This document shows, piece by piece, positions 61,553 to 64,000 of a stretch of 64,000 nt of DNA (positions are counted from its first letter, which is position 1; the number at the start of each line of letters is the position of its first letter). The notes beneath the pieces were generated by a model that was not told the DNA's origin, searched no databases, and saw only the letters and a list, made by a program, of their open reading frames with translations. This DNA comes from an uncultured bacterium (GTDB lineage Bacteria > Zhuqueibacterota > QNDG01 > DTFT01). The position numbers were made by a program, and so were the translations under genes. The stretch covers positions 32,001 through 96,000 of the forward strand of contig CAVTNR010000028.1 of NCBI GenBank assembly GCA_963736115.1, given 5' to 3'.

Positions 61553-62890
61553 TCAGCGCTCCTCCGTCCCCGGTTTGGGGCTCAGTACCAGCCGATACAG
61601 CCTTCCGTTCCGGAAAATCCCCAAATCGACGGGCGTTACCGCGTCCGGGTCGAACAGCTCGGTGAAATTCCGGTAGGCGTCCGCGCCGCGAACCGGCTTC
61701 TGGTTGATAGTGATTATGACATCCCCCGGCCGCAGATCCGAACGTCCGGCCGGGCTTCCGGTCCGTATGCTTTCGATGCGGACCCCGTCACGGCTGGAGA
61801 TGCCGAGGCGCATGGCTTCGGCCGCGCTCAGCTCCCTGATTCCGATGCCGGTCCACGACTCGCGCTCCACGCGTCCGGCCGTCTTCAGGGCGGGCAGAAT
61901 GGCCTTGACGCGGTGTATGGGAATCGCGAATCCGATGCCGATCGAGGTCTTTTCGTAATTACTGCCCGAAATGATGAAGGCGTTGATGCCGATGCACTCG
62001 CCCAGGCTGTTGACGAGCGGGCCGCCGCTGTTTCCGCCGTTGATGGCCGCGTCCGTCTGGATCATGTCCCCGTACGAGCGGCCGGCGATGCGCAGTTCGC
62101 CCTTGAAATTCATGCCGATCGCGCTGACGACGCCGACGGTGACCGTCGGCTTGGAATTGACGTCGAACAGGCCGAACGGATTGCCCAGGGCGATCACCCA
62201 TTCGCCGATGAGAATATCCCGCGAATCGCCCAGTGGAATAAACGGGAAACGGGTCCCCTTGATTTTGAGAAGGGCGACGTCGAACAGAAAATCCGCTCCG
62301 ACGCGCTCGGCCGTGTACTGCTTCCCGTCCGTGGTCGTCACGATGATTTCAGATGCGTCGTGGACCACGTGTTCGTTCGTGAGAACGTAGCCGTCCCGTG
62401 AAATCAGGAAACCGGACCCGAGCCCCTGAACCCGCTGGGTCATCTCGCGGGGTTCGAAAAACATGCGAAAAAACGGATCATCGAACGGCGACGTCTCGAC
62501 CCGCTGAATCTGGGTCACGTTGATGCCAACCACGGCAGGGCTGACATCCGCGACAGCCCGGGTGATGGCGCTTTGCCGCGACTGGCTGACCGCGTCGTTG
62601 AGGTCCGCCCGGGTCTGCGCGTAGACGGCCTGCCCGGCTGCGGGCGGAAGGGCCTGCGGTCCGGACTTCCGGCCGCAGGCGAGGACCATCAGGGCAGCCA
62701 CAGTCAGGAAACTTTTAAATGAGCGAATATTGAAGCTCCCCGCCGCAAGCGGCGGGGAATCTTCTATCTGTAGAGAAGAGACATCTGATATTCGCTCGCT
62801 TACCCCGCGGCCCCGCTTCGCGGGACCAATCGATTCTATGCCTTCTGGTTGAAGGCAAGCCGCGGGGAATGCGCTCGCTGACAGATTCAT
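61553..62890 (-). CDS. HtrA/DegQ-like serine protease with PDZ domain (lipoprotein); 52-codon in-frame element at the N-terminus
   Basis: GLGSGF, LTNEHVV, DVALLK, QTDAAINGGNSGGPL; VLAC lipobox; alternative start 62914. Confidence 0.9.
   Translation of the reverse strand: MNLSASAFPAACLQPEGIESIGPAKRGRGVSERISDVSSLQIEDSPPLAAGSFNIRSFKSFLTVAALMVLACGRKSGPQALPPAAGQAVYAQTRADLNDAVSQSRQSAITRAVADVSPAVVGINVTQIQRVETSPFDDPFFRMFFEPREMTQRVQGLGSGFLISRDGYVLTNEHVVHDASEIIVTTTDGKQYTAERVGADFLFDVALLKIKGTRFPFIPLGDSRDILIGEWVIALGNPFGLFDVNSKPTVTVGVVSAIGMNFKGELRIAGRSYGDMIQTDAAINGGNSGGPLVNSLGECIGINAFIISGSNYEKTSIGIGFAIPIHRVKAILPALKTAGRVERESWTGIGIRELSAAEAMRLGISSRDGVRIESIRTGSPAGRSDLRPGDVIITINQKPVRGADAYRNFTELFDPDAVTPVDLGIFRNGRLYRLVLSPKPGTEER
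62730..62885 (-). mobile_element. 156-bp IS200/IS605-like non-autonomous element with one nested cassette
   Basis: Second full copy; TCTGTCAGCGAGCGCATTCCCC...GCGGGGAGCTTCAA. Confidence 0.75.
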
Positions 62891-62919
62891 ACTGCTTTTC
62901 CGATAATCGTTCATGTGAC

Positions 62920-63651
62920 TCAGTATTCCACGCGGACCAGAAACAGGCCTTGCGGCGGAGCCGTGGGCCCGGCCTTTTCGCGGTCTCCGGATTCCAGAAC
63001 AGCGCGGAAATCGGCCGGCGTCAGTGCGCCCCTGCCCACCTCGACCAGCGTGCCGATGAGAATCCGGACCATGTGGTGAAAGAACCGCACGGCGGCGATC
63101 TCGAACTTCACCGTGTCCGCCTCCGCCTCCCACCGCACCGAATGCACTTCCGATTCGTACCGCTCCTCTTTCGGGTCCCGCTTGCAGAAAGCCGTCCAGC
63201 GGTGGAGCCCCTTCAGACATTCGGAGGCGGCCGCCATGGCCTCCACATTGAAACGGCATCGGGGATGCCAGGCGTACTGTCTTCCCACGGCCAGTGGCGC
63301 ACGCGAGAGCACGTACCGGTAAACGCGGCGGCTGGCGCGCCGCCTCGCGTCGAAACCGTCCTCCGCCGTTTCCACGGACCGGACGCGGATGTCAGCCGGC
63401 AGCATGGCGTTCAGGGCGCGTTGTACCGTTTCCAGAGGGTACTTGTCCTCAGCCCTGCAGCTCGCCACCTGTCCGAGCGCGTGCACGCCGGCGTCCGTCC
63501 TACCGGCGCCGGTGACGGGCACCGGACCGCCGAACAGGCGCCCCAGCGCCGCTTCCAATTCCGCCTGCACGGTGCGGTCTCCGGGCTGACGCTGCCAGCC
63601 GTGAAAATCCGACCCGTCGTATTCGAGCACCAGTTTATAGGTGCGGTTCAA
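62920..63651 (-). CDS. truA: tRNA pseudouridine(38-40) synthase
   Basis: EYDGSDFHGWQ, AGRTDAGVHA, F..HMVR..G, TAPPQGLFL. Confidence 0.96.
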   Translation of the reverse strand: MNRTYKLVLEYDGSDFHGWQRQPGDRTVQAELEAALGRLFGGPVPVTGAGRTDAGVHALGQVASCRAEDKYPLETVQRALNAMLPADIRVRSVETAEDGFDARRRASRRVYRYVLSRAPLAVGRQYAWHPRCRFNVEAMAAASECLKGLHRWTAFCKRDPKEERYESEVHSVRWEAEADTVKFEIAAVRFFHHMVRILIGTLVEVGRGALTPADFRAVLESGDREKAGPTAPPQGLFLVRVEY

Positions 63652-63654
63652 GCC

Positions 63655-64000
63655 TCATCCCGCGGAGAAAAAAGACGGTCGCACGAGAAGCGCGTCCGCG
63701 GTGAGAGTAGCGGCCGCGATACAGAACGCTGCAGCGAGCGCCATCCGGTCAGGCCGCCTGAAAGCCAGCGGCCGGAACTGGGTGCGGCCGTCTCCGCCCT
63801 GATAGCACCGCGCATCCATGGCCATGGCCAGATCCCCGGCCTTCCTGAAACTGGACACAAAAAGCGGTATGACGACCGGGAAAACGCCGCGTATCCGGGT
63901 CTGAAGCGAACCGCCGGTCCGGGCTCCCCTGGACAACTGGGCCTTGCGGATGCGGTCGGCCTCGTCGATCAGAAGCGGTATGAACCGGATGGAGATCGAG
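63655..64000 (-). CDS. ecfT: ECF transporter transmembrane component T (3' part)
   Basis: SIRFIP....ADRIRKAQLSRG, LAMAMDARCY; typical position upstream of truA. Confidence 0.88.
   Translation of the reverse strand, partial: SISIRFIPLLIDEADRIRKAQLSRGARTGGSLQTRIRGVFPVVIPLFVSSFRKAGDLAMAMDARCYQGGDGRTQFRPLAFRRPDRMALAAAFCIAAATLTADALLVRPSFFSAG

Overview
High-GC bacterial chromosome segment, mostly minus-strand housekeeping genes: ecfT-truA-htrA-purB-purC-like-psd-pssA-tatA x2-gatA; rimP-nusA-infB-DUF503-rbfA-DHH-ribF-rpsO-(Gld-like ABC)-pnp-M16; rlmH-dinB, thiC-def-ptsI; tRNA-Met-tilS-ftsH-folP-cdaA. There are three tRNAs, a SusC/SusD pair with a divergent LytS/LytS/LytTR system, and a T9SS-like PorU(C25)/PorV envelope cluster. 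These envelope genes combined with canonical TTGACA/TATAAT promoters suggest a non-Bacteroidota FCB-related lineage such as KSB1 (inference). Many genes, including essential ones (infB, tilS, ribF), are broken by 1-nt indels, several in homopolymers, so the assembly is probably error-prone and frame-level claims need read support. Most unusual signals: (1) a small IS200/IS605-like non-autonomous element; both full copies sit in TGAAT at a probable start codon and carry nested 44-45 bp cassettes with constant ends around 19-20 nt variable, spacer-like sequences; (2) a long-stem pseudoknot or switch-like RNA candidate in the pheA leader; (3) apparent pseudoenzymes, a PurC and a LytS kinase with degenerate catalytic motifs.
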